64,000 bases of DNA from positions 1,632,001 to 1,696,000 of the forward strand of contig CM000154.2 in the NCBI GenBank assembly GCA_000004695.1, read 5' to 3'. Below are positions 1 through 11,761 of the stretch, piece after piece. Position 1 is the first letter of the stretch, and each line of letters starts with the position of its first letter. The stretch comes from Dictyostelium discoideum. Taxonomy: Eukaryota. Below the pieces are notes generated by a model. The model saw nothing but the letters and a program-made list of their open reading frames with translations. It made no database searches and had not been told where the DNA came from. The position numbers and the translations under genes were made by a program.

Positions 1-14
1 GTAAATATATTGAA

Positions 15-334
15 TTGTTAGAGAAAAATAAAAATACAAATAATAAAAATGGAAATAATTTTAAATTTACAATTATGGATGATAATATAATTTCTGATTT
101 AAAACAAGAGAAATTTAATAACCAATCAAATTCCAAATATAAAATTACTGATAATAATTATTTGGATGATCAACAAGAACATGAAAATACTGAATTAAAA
201 TCAAAACAAACTTCAAGAAATAATAATAATTATAAAAATAATAATAATAATAATAATAATAACAATAATAATAAAAATAAAAATAATAATAATAATATAA
301 ATACTAATATTAGAAATGGTAAAAATAATAATAA

Positions 335-382
<48 letters not shown>

Positions 383-851
383 TCAAAATAATCAAAATAA
401 TATTAGAAATGGTAAAAATAAAAATAATAGTAATAATAGTATTAGAAATAAACCAAGAAATAATCCAGATGATATTTATTTACCACCTCAACATTCATCA
501 CAAGGTCCAAGTTATCAAGAAGAAAGTTATTCATTTCAAGATGTATCAGGAACTGAATCTGAATACATTCAACAAATTAATGATACAATTCAAGAACTAA
601 ATACAACATTTAATGAAAATTCATCATATTTCACCGAAACTCCAATTTTTACTGAAACTCCAAGTGATACAATCCCACCAAATCCAACTGTTTCTCATGT
701 AAATCCAACACCAACAGTAACTACAAATCCTCCAAGTGAATCATCAAGTCAAGAATTAACTGAAACACCCGCTCAAGGAAATTCTTCATCATTTTTATTT
801 ACAAATATTTCATTGATTTTAACATTATTTATTATGTCTTTTTTATTTTAA
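15..851 (+). CDS. Asn/Ser/Thr/Pro-rich protein with a C-terminal GPI-anchor-like signal. It is 5'-incomplete: the window opens with gtaaat, probably inside an intron.
   Basis: Open frame 15-851 (the listed first codon is TTG). The first in-frame ATG is at about 75. There is a long (AAT/AAC)n poly-N tract. A Thr/Pro-rich segment (TETPIFTETPSDTIPPNPTV...) is followed by GNSSS and the hydrophobic tail FLFTNISLILTLFIMSFLF*. Confidence 0.45.
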
Positions 852-984
852 ATAAAAGTAACTTTGTTGTAATTTAAAAAAAAAAATAATAATAATAATA
901 ATAAATATATAAAAATAAATAGTAACCCCATTTATTATAAATTATTTTACAAATAATAACCCCACGTTAATTATTTATATTTTA

Positions 985-1026
<42 letters not shown>

Positions 1027-1090
1027 GTCCTGTGGTATTAATAATAATTTTTTATTATTTATTATTATTATTTCAAAATTTCATAAAATA

Positions 1091-1876
1091 ATGAAATTAA
1101 AAAGAATATTATTTTTAATATTATTTTTGTTTATTTATTTTTGTATAGTTTTATCTTCAAAATCTTTAGAAAATGTTAAAAGTGATCAATTTGAAATTGG
1201 GAGAGAATTTAATGTATTATTACCAATTTTCGATGAAAGTTTCATAATGGTAGAATTAGAGTGTTTTCAAGTTGATGAAAAATCATCATTTAAAATTGAA
1301 AAGATTGGTGATGAAATGTATGTTGGAATTAACTATTTTGATGGTAATTGTTCAAATATTGAAGGTGAATTTCAATTTAAATGTACAAATAATTTTATGG
1401 ATATAATTTCATGTGAATTCTTTAAAGTTGCATGTTCAAATAAAATCGTTATACCATTTGAAAAAGAAAAAAAAAAAGAAACCATTTTAATGGAATTGTA
1501 TGGATATAAAGGTGATTTTGAAAATAGTCAAGAATTATTACAAGTATTAAATGATTTTTCCAAATTACCAAGAACATTTTCATCACCACATAAAGTTGCA
1601 TATGCTGATGATTTTGATTCAAACGATCAACTACAAGCAATTCAAATCAATACAAAACAAACTGAAAATGAAATTATTCCAGTTATTGAAAAAGAAAAAG
1701 ATGATGATTTGAAAACAGCTGATAAAAACAATACAAAAATTTCAAATGAAAATAATAATAATAATAATAATATTAACAATGAAAAAAATAATAGCAATAA
1801 TTATTTAAATTTAAATAATTATTTAATATCTTCAATAATTATATTAATAAATTGTTTAATTTTTTGTTTAAATTAA
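1091..1876 (+). CDS. Small secreted Cys-containing protein with an N-terminal signal peptide and a C-terminal hydrophobic tail (GPI-anchored or TM). Function unknown.
   Basis: Single ORF of 261 aa. The N-terminus is MKLKRILFLILFLFIYFCIVLSS (signal peptide). There are six Cys in the mature part and an Asn-rich linker. The C-terminus is ISSIIILINCLIFCLN*. Confidence 0.5.
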   Translation: MKLKRILFLILFLFIYFCIVLSSKSLENVKSDQFEIGREFNVLLPIFDESFIMVELECFQVDEKSSFKIEKIGDEMYVGINYFDGNCSNIEGEFQFKCTNNFMDIISCEFFKVACSNKIVIPFEKEKKKETILMELYGYKGDFENSQELLQVLNDFSKLPRTFSSPHKVAYADDFDSNDQLQAIQINTKQTENEIIPVIEKEKDDDLKTADKNNTKISNENNNNNNNINNEKNNSNNYLNLNNYLISSIIILINCLIFCLN

Positions 1877-1889
1877 TTTTTTTTTTTTT

Positions 1890-1922
<33 letters not shown>

Positions 1923-1971
1923 ATTTGTTTTTTTTTTTTATTTTCATGTTACCCCTTACCAATTAATCGCA

Positions 1972-2661
1972 ATGATAGACTTTAAAAAATTAATGCTTGA
2001 AGAGAAAAAGAAATTATTATTAGAAAAGCAACAAAAAGAAAAACAAGATCAATATCAATTACAAAGAGATAAAGAAAAAGAAGATTTTATTGATGAAAAT
2101 GATAAACAACAACAACAACGACAAATCAAAGATAATAAAGAAAATGATGTAGATTTTGATCAACAACTTTATGAAGAAAATTTAATAATAAAATTAAAAC
2201 AATATAAATTTGGATCAATAGATTCAATATTTTATATTGAAGATTTTATAAATAAACAAGAAGAAGAAACCATTTTATCAAATGTATATAATAAAGAAAA
2301 TGAAAGTAAATGGACTCAATTAAAGAAAAGAAGATTACAAAATTGGGGTGGTAATCCAATATCATCTGGTATGATAGAAGAGGAAATACCTCAATGGTTA
2401 AATATAATTTGTGAAAAGATTCACAATTCTTCAATATTTCCAACTAGAAATGCAAAACCAAATCATGTACTTTTAAATGAATATAATGTAAATGAAGGTA
2501 TAATGCCTCATAAAGATGGACCTCTTTTTTTCCCAATGGTTTGTATTTTAAGTTTAAATTCAACATGTAAGTTTTTATTTTTTTTTTTATTTTTTTTTTT
2601 ATTTATTTAAAAGTGACCAACCATTTTTTTATATATCCAACATAATAATAATAATAATTAT

Positions 2662-2695
<34 letters not shown>

Positions 2696-2951
2696 TTTAA
2701 TGGATTTTTATAATAATTTAAAAGAAGAACCATTTGAAAAGATATTTTTAAGACCAAGATCACTTTTAATTTTTACAGAAGATGCATATAAAAATTATTT
2801 TCATGGTATAAAAGAATCATATTCTGATTTAATTACTGAAGATGTAATGAATAAAAACTTGGATGGAATTAATTTACATAAAGAATTTGATAGAGGTATT
2901 AGAGTTTCATTAACAATTAGAATAGTTCCAAATACAATTAAAAAAAAATAA
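1972..2951 (+). CDS. ALKBH6-like 2OG-Fe(II) oxygenase (AlkB homologue). Two exons: 1972-2566 and 2695-2951. The intron is 2567-2694.
   Basis: Exon 1 contains NHVLLNEYNVNEGIMPHKDGPLFFPMVCILSLNS (human ALKBH6 has HVLVNEY..GIMPHEDGPLY.P.V.TISLGS). The donor t|GTAAGT is at 2567 (phase 1). The acceptor aaaag|GT is at 2694. Exon 2 contains LRPRSLLIF...RGIRVSLTIRIV (ALKBH6 has EPRSLLVL...RVSLTIRRV). Phase is consistent (595 + 257 nt). Confidence 0.7.
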
Positions 2952-3028
2952 AAAAATAAAAAAAAGAATAAAAGAAAAAAAAAAATTAAATGAATAAATC
3001 TCTTATTTTATTTTTATTTTTATTTTAT

Positions 3029-4351
3029 TTAATTAAATAAATCATTTGAATAATGATCCATTACAAAGGTAGAGAGTTGATTAAAAAAGTAAATGAATGC
3101 AAATTCTGGAATATGAGGACTCATTAATATATTAATTTTAATCCATCTATCAATACCACCTCTTTTATAAATTTTAAAACTATAATCGAATGGGAAATTA
3201 CCTAAATCAATACCAGACTCCAACAAACTATTCCAATAAATTTTAAATAATTTTTCTTCATTTTCTCTTCTAAATTTAATTTCACAATTACTAATTATAA
3301 ATTGAGCCATATCAGAGAAAGGACAACCAAAACCAATTTCACTAAAATCTAAAAGATATAATTTATCATTTTTATTGTGTTGTTGTTGCTCAACGCCATC
3401 TAAAACCAATGGCACCATAACATTACCAGCATGAAAATCGCCATGAATTAAAGAGAATGCATTCTTTTCATTACTTGTATCAATTCTTGTTTTGAATTGT
3501 TCCCATTTTAAATAATGATTAAAATAAATTTCAATAACTTTCAAAACTTGATCAACATTAATTAATGGTGATGTTTCTTTATATTGTTCTTGTATTTTCT
3601 TTATAATTGGTAAAGTCTTTTCTTCCCATGTTGATTTCAAAACTTGATAATTCTTTTTGACCCATTCTTCTTTACCACAATCATTACCTTGATAAATATC
3701 GAAATCTTTTAACCAAGAATTTGATTGATTTGATAAAAGTTTTTTACAATCTCCCCAATTTTCTATATGAATTTTCGAAGTCTCTAAAAAACATTTCTTT
3801 ACAATTTCAAATGGATCATATAAATCTAGATTCAAACCTTGGACTTTACCCCAACATTGATTACCCATCACTTTACAAGCCGATACATATTCTGATAAAT
3901 CTTGCATTATAATTGAATATTCACCAGTTTCATTATTTTTATTTGCATAATAAATTATTGGTAAAAAATCAAATTTCATACCACTTTCTTTATTTGATTT
4001 CATTTGTTTTTGATAAAATTCAGCTTCCCTATATGTTTTACTTTCAAGTGATGATACAATACATGAAGCACTATCGTTTTTAATTGATTTAATAACAATA
4101 GAATTTGGTAATGAAATTGATGATAAACTATCATCATCATCATCATTGTTATCAACATTCTTATTATCCCATTTTAAATAAACTCTTGATATTTCACCCA
4201 TTAAACCACCTTCTAACAATTTTTCTTGAATTTTAAATTCAATCAATTTGATTTTCTCTAAATCTTGTTTTGGTAATTCTAGTTGATCTTTAATAATTGA
4301 TTCAATAAATTCAATTGTTAAATCATTTCTAAAAATAATTGATTTTACCAT
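3029..4351 (-). CDS. Putative phosphotransferase of the APH/choline-kinase/EcKinase-like fold (DUF1679/CHK-type).
   Basis: Single 440-aa ORF. It carries the Brenner/catalytic motif FSLIHGDFHAGNVMV and a downstream LYLLDFSEIGFGCPFSDMAQF (the D-x-S/E metal-binding region typical of APH-fold kinases). Confidence 0.55.
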   Translation of the reverse strand: MVKSIIFRNDLTIEFIESIIKDQLELPKQDLEKIKLIEFKIQEKLLEGGLMGEISRVYLKWDNKNVDNNDDDDDSLSSISLPNSIVIKSIKNDSASCIVSSLESKTYREAEFYQKQMKSNKESGMKFDFLPIIYYANKNNETGEYSIIMQDLSEYVSACKVMGNQCWGKVQGLNLDLYDPFEIVKKCFLETSKIHIENWGDCKKLLSNQSNSWLKDFDIYQGNDCGKEEWVKKNYQVLKSTWEEKTLPIIKKIQEQYKETSPLINVDQVLKVIEIYFNHYLKWEQFKTRIDTSNEKNAFSLIHGDFHAGNVMVPLVLDGVEQQQHNKNDKLYLLDFSEIGFGCPFSDMAQFIISNCEIKFRRENEEKLFKIYWNSLLESGIDLGNFPFDYSFKIYKRGGIDRWIKINILMSPHIPEFAFIYFFNQLSTFVMDHYSNDLFN

Positions 4352-4472
4352 TTTTTTTATTTATTTATTTATTTTATTGAATTAATAATTGGGTGGGTGA
4401 AAAAAAAAAAATAAAAAAAAGAAAAGTGTTTAAATATAAAAAAAAAAGAACTAAAACCAAAAAAAGTTTTAA

Positions 4473-4508
<36 letters not shown>

Positions 4509-4789
4509 CTATTTTTCCCAAAATAAAAAAAAAATGAAGAAAATAAAACTAAAACCTTTCGACTAGATAATATTACTTTTGGTAATATGTCTAAAAAAAA
4601 ACACCTGTTTTTTGATTTTTATAGATCTTTTCAAAAAGATTTTTTTTTTTTTTTAAATTTATTTTTATTTATTTTTTTTTTTTTTTTTTTTTTTTCTTTT
4701 AGTTCAAAAATAAAAAAAATTAAAAAATTTTTTATTTTACATATATATAAGTCGATAAATAAAAAAAATTAAATATAAAAAAACAAATA

Positions 4790-4816
4790 ATGATTGTATG
4801 TTTTAATTATTTAATG

Positions 4817-4854
<38 letters not shown>

Positions 4855-6483
4855 AAAAAATTAAAATTTAACATATTAATTCTTCATCTTTTTTTTTTTT
4901 ATTGATAAGACATTAAATTATGATAATAATAAAAAATCAATTACAATTCCAACTAAAATATTTATAAATAATGAATGGGTAGATAGTATAGATTGTAATG
5001 AAAATTTTAGTTTAATTAACCCAACCAATGAAGAATGTTTAGGTATAATTGGATTAGGTGGTAGAAAAGATGTTGATAGAGCAGTCGAAGCAGCAAGATC
5101 AGCAATTAGAGGTAAATGGTCAACGATGGCACCATTGGATAGAGGAATACTTTTGAACAAGTTGGCAGATAAATTAGAAGAGAAAAGAGAACAAATGGCA
5201 ACCATTGAATCAATTAATGTTGGTAAACCAATTGGTGAATCATTGGTTTACGATTTAAAACAATCGATTACATTCTTACGTTATTTCGCAGGTTGGGCTG
5301 ACAAAATCACTGGTCGTACAATTCCAATCTCAAGTTCATCAGACACATCAACACCAACAAGACAAGTATTAGCATACACTAAACAAGTTCCATTGGGTGT
5401 TTGTGCTTTAATTTTACCTTGGAATTTCCCACTTCAATTATTAATGTTTAAACTTGCACCAGCATTAGCAGCAGGAAATACAGTTATCATTAAACCATCA
5501 GAATTTACACCATTATCAACTTTTTATTTGGCAGAATTAATTAAAGAAGTTGGTTTCCCACCTGGTGTGGTAAATGTAGTTTGTGGTCTTGGTTCTGTAG
5601 TTGGTGATGCAATGAGTTCTCATATGAAAATTAATAAAATTGGTTTCACTGGTTCAACAAAAGTTGGTAAAATGGTTCAAAACTCTGCTACCAATAGTAA
5701 CTTAAAACATTGTTCACTCGAATTAGGTGGTAAAAGTCCAATCATTATTTTTAATGATGTTGAAGATTTAGATTTAGCTGTTATTCATTCGTAATGTATA
5801 TTAAATTTATATATTATATTGTTATTTTTAAATACTAATTATTTATTTTAATTTTTAGTTTCCATGGATTATTTTGGAATGCAGGTCAATGTTGTTCAGC
5901 AGCATCTAGAATTTATGTTCAATCAGGAATTTATGATCAATTTGTAGAAAAGATTAAAAAACAAGTTGAATCAAGAGTATTAGGTGATCCATTAAGTAAA
6001 GATACTCATCAAGGTCCACAAGTTAATAAATTTCAATTTGAATCAATTTTAAGATATATTGAAACTGGTAAGAGAGAAGGAGCAACATTAGTATGTGGTG
6101 GTAAAAGATTTGGTAATAAAGGTTACTATATTGAACCAACCGTTTTTTCAAATGTTACTGATGTTATGACAATTGCAAGAGAAGAAATTTTTGGACCTGT
6201 AATGTCAATCTTAAGATTTGAAACTGTTCAAGAAGCAATCGATCGTGCAAATGATTCAGAATTTGGTTTAGTTGGCGCTGTCTTTACAAAAGATATTAAT
6301 AAATCAATCATTGTTTCCGATCAAGTTCAATCAGGTTTAGTTTGGGTAAATAGTTTTAATATCATTGATCCATCCATTCCATGGGGTGGTTTTAAATCTT
6401 CTGGTAAAGGTAGAGATGCTTCTGAATATTGTCTTTCAGTTTGGACTGAAACTAAGACTACTGTACTTGATGTAAAACTTTAA
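4790..6483 (+). CDS. Aldehyde dehydrogenase (ALDH1/2 class, NAD-dependent). Exons are 4910-5790 and 5859-6483. A proposed 6-nt initiator micro-exon at 4790-4795 (ATGATT|gtatgt) is tentative.
   Basis: The translation aligns along its full length with human ALDH1A1/ALDH2: KIFINNEW, LELGGKSP, the catalytic FFNAGQCCSAASRIYVQ (Cys) and EEIFGPV. Intron 5791-5858 runs tc|GTAATG...tttttag| and is phase-consistent. The frame containing IPTKIFINNEW has no ATG downstream of the 4877 stop, so a short upstream exon is required. ATGATT-GTATGT at 4790 with acceptor aag| at 4909 is in phase. The 3'UTR is a pure (AAT)38 tract. Confidence 0.8.
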
Positions 6484-6597
<114 letters not shown>

Positions 6598-6614
6598 AAT
6601 AATAAAAGATGTAA

Positions 6615-6659
<45 letters not shown>

Positions 6660-6799
6660 AATATATGTATGTTTTATTTAATTATTTACTTGTATTATTA
6701 CTTTTTTTTTTTTTTTATATATTTTTTTTTTTTATATTTTTTTTTTATATTTTTTTTTTCTTTATTATTATTATTATTATTGATAAATTATTTAATTAT

Positions 6800-9700
6800 T
6801 TATTTCTTAGATAAATCGATTTCACCTGAAGATTTTGAGGATTTACAACAACAGCAGAGATATTTCTTAACTTTTTTAATGAAAGAAGATCTCATTTGGA
6901 GCCATGCTACGACGTAAGCGGCAATACAAGCTACAAGGGCTAAAGCTTGAATAAGACATGCAATTAATTCACCAGCGGCGCTTGGTGATTTGATGTGAGT
7001 GAGTGAGAGAGAAACTGTAACAATATTGATGGCAGTTAAGAGATATTCGAGCCATAATTGATAATGATCGAAATATGGTTTACGGATGAATAATAATACA
7101 GCATAACCAATGAGAGCGATATCAATGACAACTACTTGAACGATTGGAACGGCTAAATCAGTACCAGTTAATGGATAGTTGGTCATTGGTTTGAATGATA
7201 AGATACCAATGATAACGGCCATAATGAATCTCTTGATAAACATGAAAACAACGAAACGATGATCAGTCTTTGGTTTGTAGTGAACGTAGAGACAGCCAAA
7301 TCTTTGTTTAAAGGTTGGATTGTGGAGACGAGCTTCTGGAACTGCAAGAAGGAACCAAATGGCAATTGGTAAACCAATACCATAGAGAACAAAGATAATG
7401 GCACCTGGAATGATGATTCTATAGTCATGTAATGGTGTAACCATAGCAAATGAGGCAGCAATTAAGACACCAATGTAACCAAATGTTAAAATACGTACAA
7501 GTACATGAATGAGACGATTAGTGACCACTTCTTTCCAATGAATTAAACTTTCCATGAATGAAATGATGGCATAGGCTAAAAGTAATGGAACTAAGAAAAC
7601 ACCCAATAAAAGACCAAACCAGAAGAGAATATTTGGAAGGAGGTAAAGATCACCTGAACCTAAACTATTTTCATATTGTGCCATAGATAAAATTGTACGG
7701 GCAGTGTTTGATGTCCAATCAGTTGGAACACTCCAAATTTGTGGTGGATTGATTGATGGTGGAAGTGGAATACCTAAATTTGACCAATCGAGATACTCGG
7801 TGAAACTGATGAAACGTGATGGGAAAACAACACCAATATGACTAACGAGTGAAATTAATTGGAATTGATCCATAAATGTCCATGCTTTGTGGGAACGTTG
7901 ATCTCTCCACCATAAGACTGAAGCTTCTTCATGGGTTGCTTTTGGGAATTGACCAGATTTATTTTCTTCTGCATAATCTTTAGCACGTTTAATATCGATT
8001 GGAACAGTGGTACCAATATCAATAATGTAGAGAATACCAACGAATGCAATGAAAATGCATGCCAATGCAATTACACCAGTTTCAACATTGGTATCAAAGA
8101 ACCAAGTACGACAGAAACCTTCGAATGGACCATATCTATCACCTTCCTTGCAAAGTCCATCAACTTCACACCAACCACAAGTAGTTCTTGAAAGACATGA
8201 TTCACTATCGGTATAATAGGTACATGGTGGTGGTGGGACTAATTCATTACAAGTTTCACCCATATGAGCACTATCACAAACACAAGTATAATTTGCAGTA
8301 TTACATGTACCATAACCATTACAACTATCTTTACATCTACGAATTTCACATTGAGCGCCTTCCCATTCTGATGAACAATAACAGAAACCATTTTCACATT
8401 TACCATTATCAGTACCAGTACAATTATTTAATGTCAAACAAAGTTCTTTATTGAAAAAAAAAAAAAATAATAAAAAAAAATCATTAGTTCTCCTCACGAG
8501 TAATTAATGATTTTATATAATAAATAAATAATAATAAAATATTTACCTTCTTCACAACCTTGACCTTGGTAATTGTGGTCACAAACACATGTACCATAAT
8601 TACATTCACCATGACCAGAACAATCTGATGGACAAATTGATTTAAATGTACCATAGAAAACACTATCTGGATAGAAAACTGAAATTGTTTTGGTTATTGA
8701 ATCAACTGAAATTGCAACTGATTGGGTGTTGGCTATATTTTCAGAAAGTGAACCTGTATTACCACCACTTGTATCAGTACCAATAAGTTGAGAACCTGAT
8801 GATGTTGTAGTAGAGAAGAAGAGTTGACCTCCTTTTACATCAATTCCTGCTGAAGGACATAATGAACCAAGAATTGTAAATGAATGTAATAATGTGATAT
8901 CAGTTGCTGAATAGTGGAAAATATCGACTTGAGTAATATATGAATTCATTCCACCTGCTTGACCACAAATATATAAAAGTTGTCTCTCTTCATCAACTAC
9001 ACCTGAACTTCTTAAGTTTGCAATTGATGAATTTGAATATATGGCAATTTTAGCTTTTAGAGTCATATTAAATACTAAAATATCACCATCAGAATCACCA
9101 ATAAAAGCTAATCCAAGTTTTGAATCTACAGTACTATAAAATTTGGTAAATAAAATTCAAGTTAGTTTAAAATAAAAAGTGAAATAAAAAGTGAATAAAA
9201 TAAAAACTTACATTGAAGATGGATCATTAATTGCAGCATCAAGTAAAATTTCATCATAACTGCTTGTACCAAATGTACCAGTAGCAGTATCATTAATGTG
9301 AATCAATACAGCCTCACCAGTAGCACTCTTTGAGGATAAAAAGAAAACGTCATCACCATATGATACACCACCATTAAGAGTAGTTACAAGTGAACTGTAT
9401 TTTTCATCATTGAGAAAGTCTGTGGATTCCATTGAAGTAATATCACCTTTTTTAACTCTGTTGAGGGAACCAATTGACATTGTGTAAACACGGTTTGCAG
9501 TAACGGCTGATGAAATTGGAGAAACTGGAACTGAAGTATATTGATTCCATGTTGCTTGGCTGCCTGTGTTTCCATCTTTTGAAAATTCTTCCATTAAACT
9601 TATATTTAATTGAAAGTAATTTACATCTCCACCAAAACTATAAAAAGAATTTGCTAGAATTGAACCAATTGGGAAATCTGCTGAAGTTGGAAAACCTGGT

Positions 9701-9837
9701 TGATCTGATGTGAAGGAAATTGGTTTTTCTGGATTGATTGAAAAACGTTCTATGTCATCATCTGAATAAGCAAAATTAAAAATTGCTAATAATATTCCAA
9801 TTAATAGAATCATTGATCCTATTTTTTGTGATTTCAT
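6800..9837 (-). CDS. Signal peptide + large lumenal/extracellular domain + 2 tenascin-type EGF-like modules + a block of about 8-9 TM helices (TMEM8/PGAP6-like architecture). Exons are 9837-9212, 9133-8547 and 8445-6800.
   Basis: The N-terminus is MKSQKIGSMILLIGILLAIFNFAYS. Intron 1 is ...AT|GTAAG (9211) to ttttatag| (9134). EGF 1 is CPSDCSGHGECNYGTCVCDHNYQGQGCEEG. Intron 2 has donor G|GTAAAT (8546) and acceptor caataaag| (8446). EGF 2 is CENGFCYCSSEWEGAQCEIRRC..CNGYGTCN..CVCDSAHMGETC. It is followed by multiple hydrophobic helices. Phase bookkeeping is 626 + 587 + 1646 nt, giving 952 aa. Confidence 0.55.
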
Positions 9838-10256
9838 TTTTTTTTTTTTTTTTTTTTTTTACTATATTTGTTTATTATTAAAATTGGGAAAAAAAAAAAA
9901 AAAAAAGATTTTTTTTATATATTCGTATTACAGAAATGAAATGTTTTTATTTTTTTTTTTTTTACAACGGGGTATAAAAAAAATTTTTACAAAACTTCGA
10001 AAAAAAAAAAAAAAGTAAAAACTATTCTGTTTTTTTGTTTTGTTTTATTTTATTTTTTTTTTATTTTTTTTTCTTTTTTTTTATAAGCTAATAATACAAA
10101 CTAATCTAAAAAAAAGAAAAGAAAAGAAAAAAAAAAAAAAGAAAAGAAAAAAGGTCTCTAAAAAAAAAAATAAAAAAAAACAATATTTATATAAAATTTA
10201 AATTTAAAATAAAAAAAAAATCTAAGCCCCAACCTTTTTTTAAAAAAAAAAAAAAG

Positions 10257-10294
<38 letters not shown>

Positions 10295-10449
10295 AATTTT
10301 TGCCGTTGAATCTACTTTTTGTTATTTTAGATTATATGGTAAATTTTTTTTGATTAACTGACAAAAGATGCATTCACAAACCAAAAAAAAAAGACTTTTT
10401 TTTTAAAAGAGCCAAAACATGCACAGAAATTGTAATAAAACAATTTTTT

Positions 10450-10496
<47 letters not shown>

Positions 10497-10939
10497 CTTT
10501 AGGATTATTAAAAACAATTTTTTTTTTCTTTTTTTTTTTTTTTATCACCCAATCAAATAATTATTTTTTTAAATTTATTATTTTTTAAGTAATCAAATCG
10601 GTTCATGTTTTTCTACCCAAATTTTCTGGAAACCCACTTTTTTTTTTTTTATTTTCTTTTTTTTTAAAAAAAAAATTAAAAATCGAGAATTTTTGAAAAG
10701 ATATTTATTTTCAAAGTTTTGGTTTTATTTTTTATAAATTGTATACAAGTCACGATATTTAAACCAAGTGTTATTTGGCTTAAATTTGGTTTTTTTAACA
10801 AATCCAAAGAAAAAAAAAAAAAAAAAAAACAAACAGAACCAAACCAAAACTTTGGTTAAAACATTTAGATATTTTTTTCAGATTACAAATCGACATTTAA
10901 ACCATTTGTTTTATTTATTTTATTTATTTTATTTATTTA

Positions 10940-10984
<45 letters not shown>

Positions 10985-11302
10985 GAGGTTTTGGTTTTGG
11001 TTTGTTTTAATTTAAATTTTAATTTTAATTTATTTTTATTGGCATGGGAGAAATAGATTATTGTTAAATATTTGGACAATTATATTATTTTTTGTTAACT
11101 CGTTTTGAATCTCTTGTTTTAATTTTTTTTTTATTTTTTTTATTTTTTTTTTAAATTTTTTTTTTAATTTTTTAATTTTTTTTTTTATTTTTTTATTTTT
11201 TTATTTTTTTTTTTTTAAGGTATAATTATTTTTATTCTTATTTTCATTTTTATTTTTATTTTTATACTTAATTATTATAGATTTTAAATTTACATACAAT
11301 TA

Positions 11303-11351
<49 letters not shown>

Positions 11352-11528
11352 TTTTTTAAAAAAAAGGTATTTATAGATTTTACACACAATTATATCATTT
11401 TTTTTTTATTTTCATAAATATCAATAATATCTTCTTTTTTTATGATCACAATTGTTATATGATTTTTTTTATTTTTATTTTTATTTTTGTTGGGGGTGGG
11501 TGTTTCTACTATTATTTTTATTTTTAAT

Positions 11529-11568
<40 letters not shown>

Positions 11569-11761
11569 AACCAATTAACCCACACCTTTAAAAAAATCCT
11601 CTATTTAATAAAAAAATTTAATAATTTAATAATTTAATAATTAATTTCCAAATTATAAATTTATAATCATATAATAACTTTTTTTTTTAATCAAAAAAAA
11701 AAAAAAAAAAAAAAAAAAACCTCTAAAAAAAATCTAAAAAATATTAAATTTTTTTTAAAGA

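Noticed and set aside
915-980. Two copies of TAACCCCA(T/C)..TTA about 35 bp apart upstream of the 1091 gene, considered as a Dictyostelium ncRNA upstream element (DUSE-like).
   Set aside because: They do not match the DUSE consensus as I recall it ([AT]CCCA[CT]AA). No ncRNA-like structured sequence follows. An ordinary protein-coding ATG follows at 1091.
4587-4772. ORF MSKKKHLFFDF... upstream of the ALDH gene as a possible first exon.
   Set aside because: It cannot be spliced in phase to the ALDH frame with consensus sites. The ATGATT|GTATGT micro-exon at 4790 is the better, though still tentative, candidate.
8482-8497. The track ORF 6800-8497 as an independent gene starting with 'M'.
   Set aside because: Its first codon is GTG and the flanking sequence is an intron acceptor (t-run...caataaag|). 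It is exon 3 of the 9837-6800 gene.
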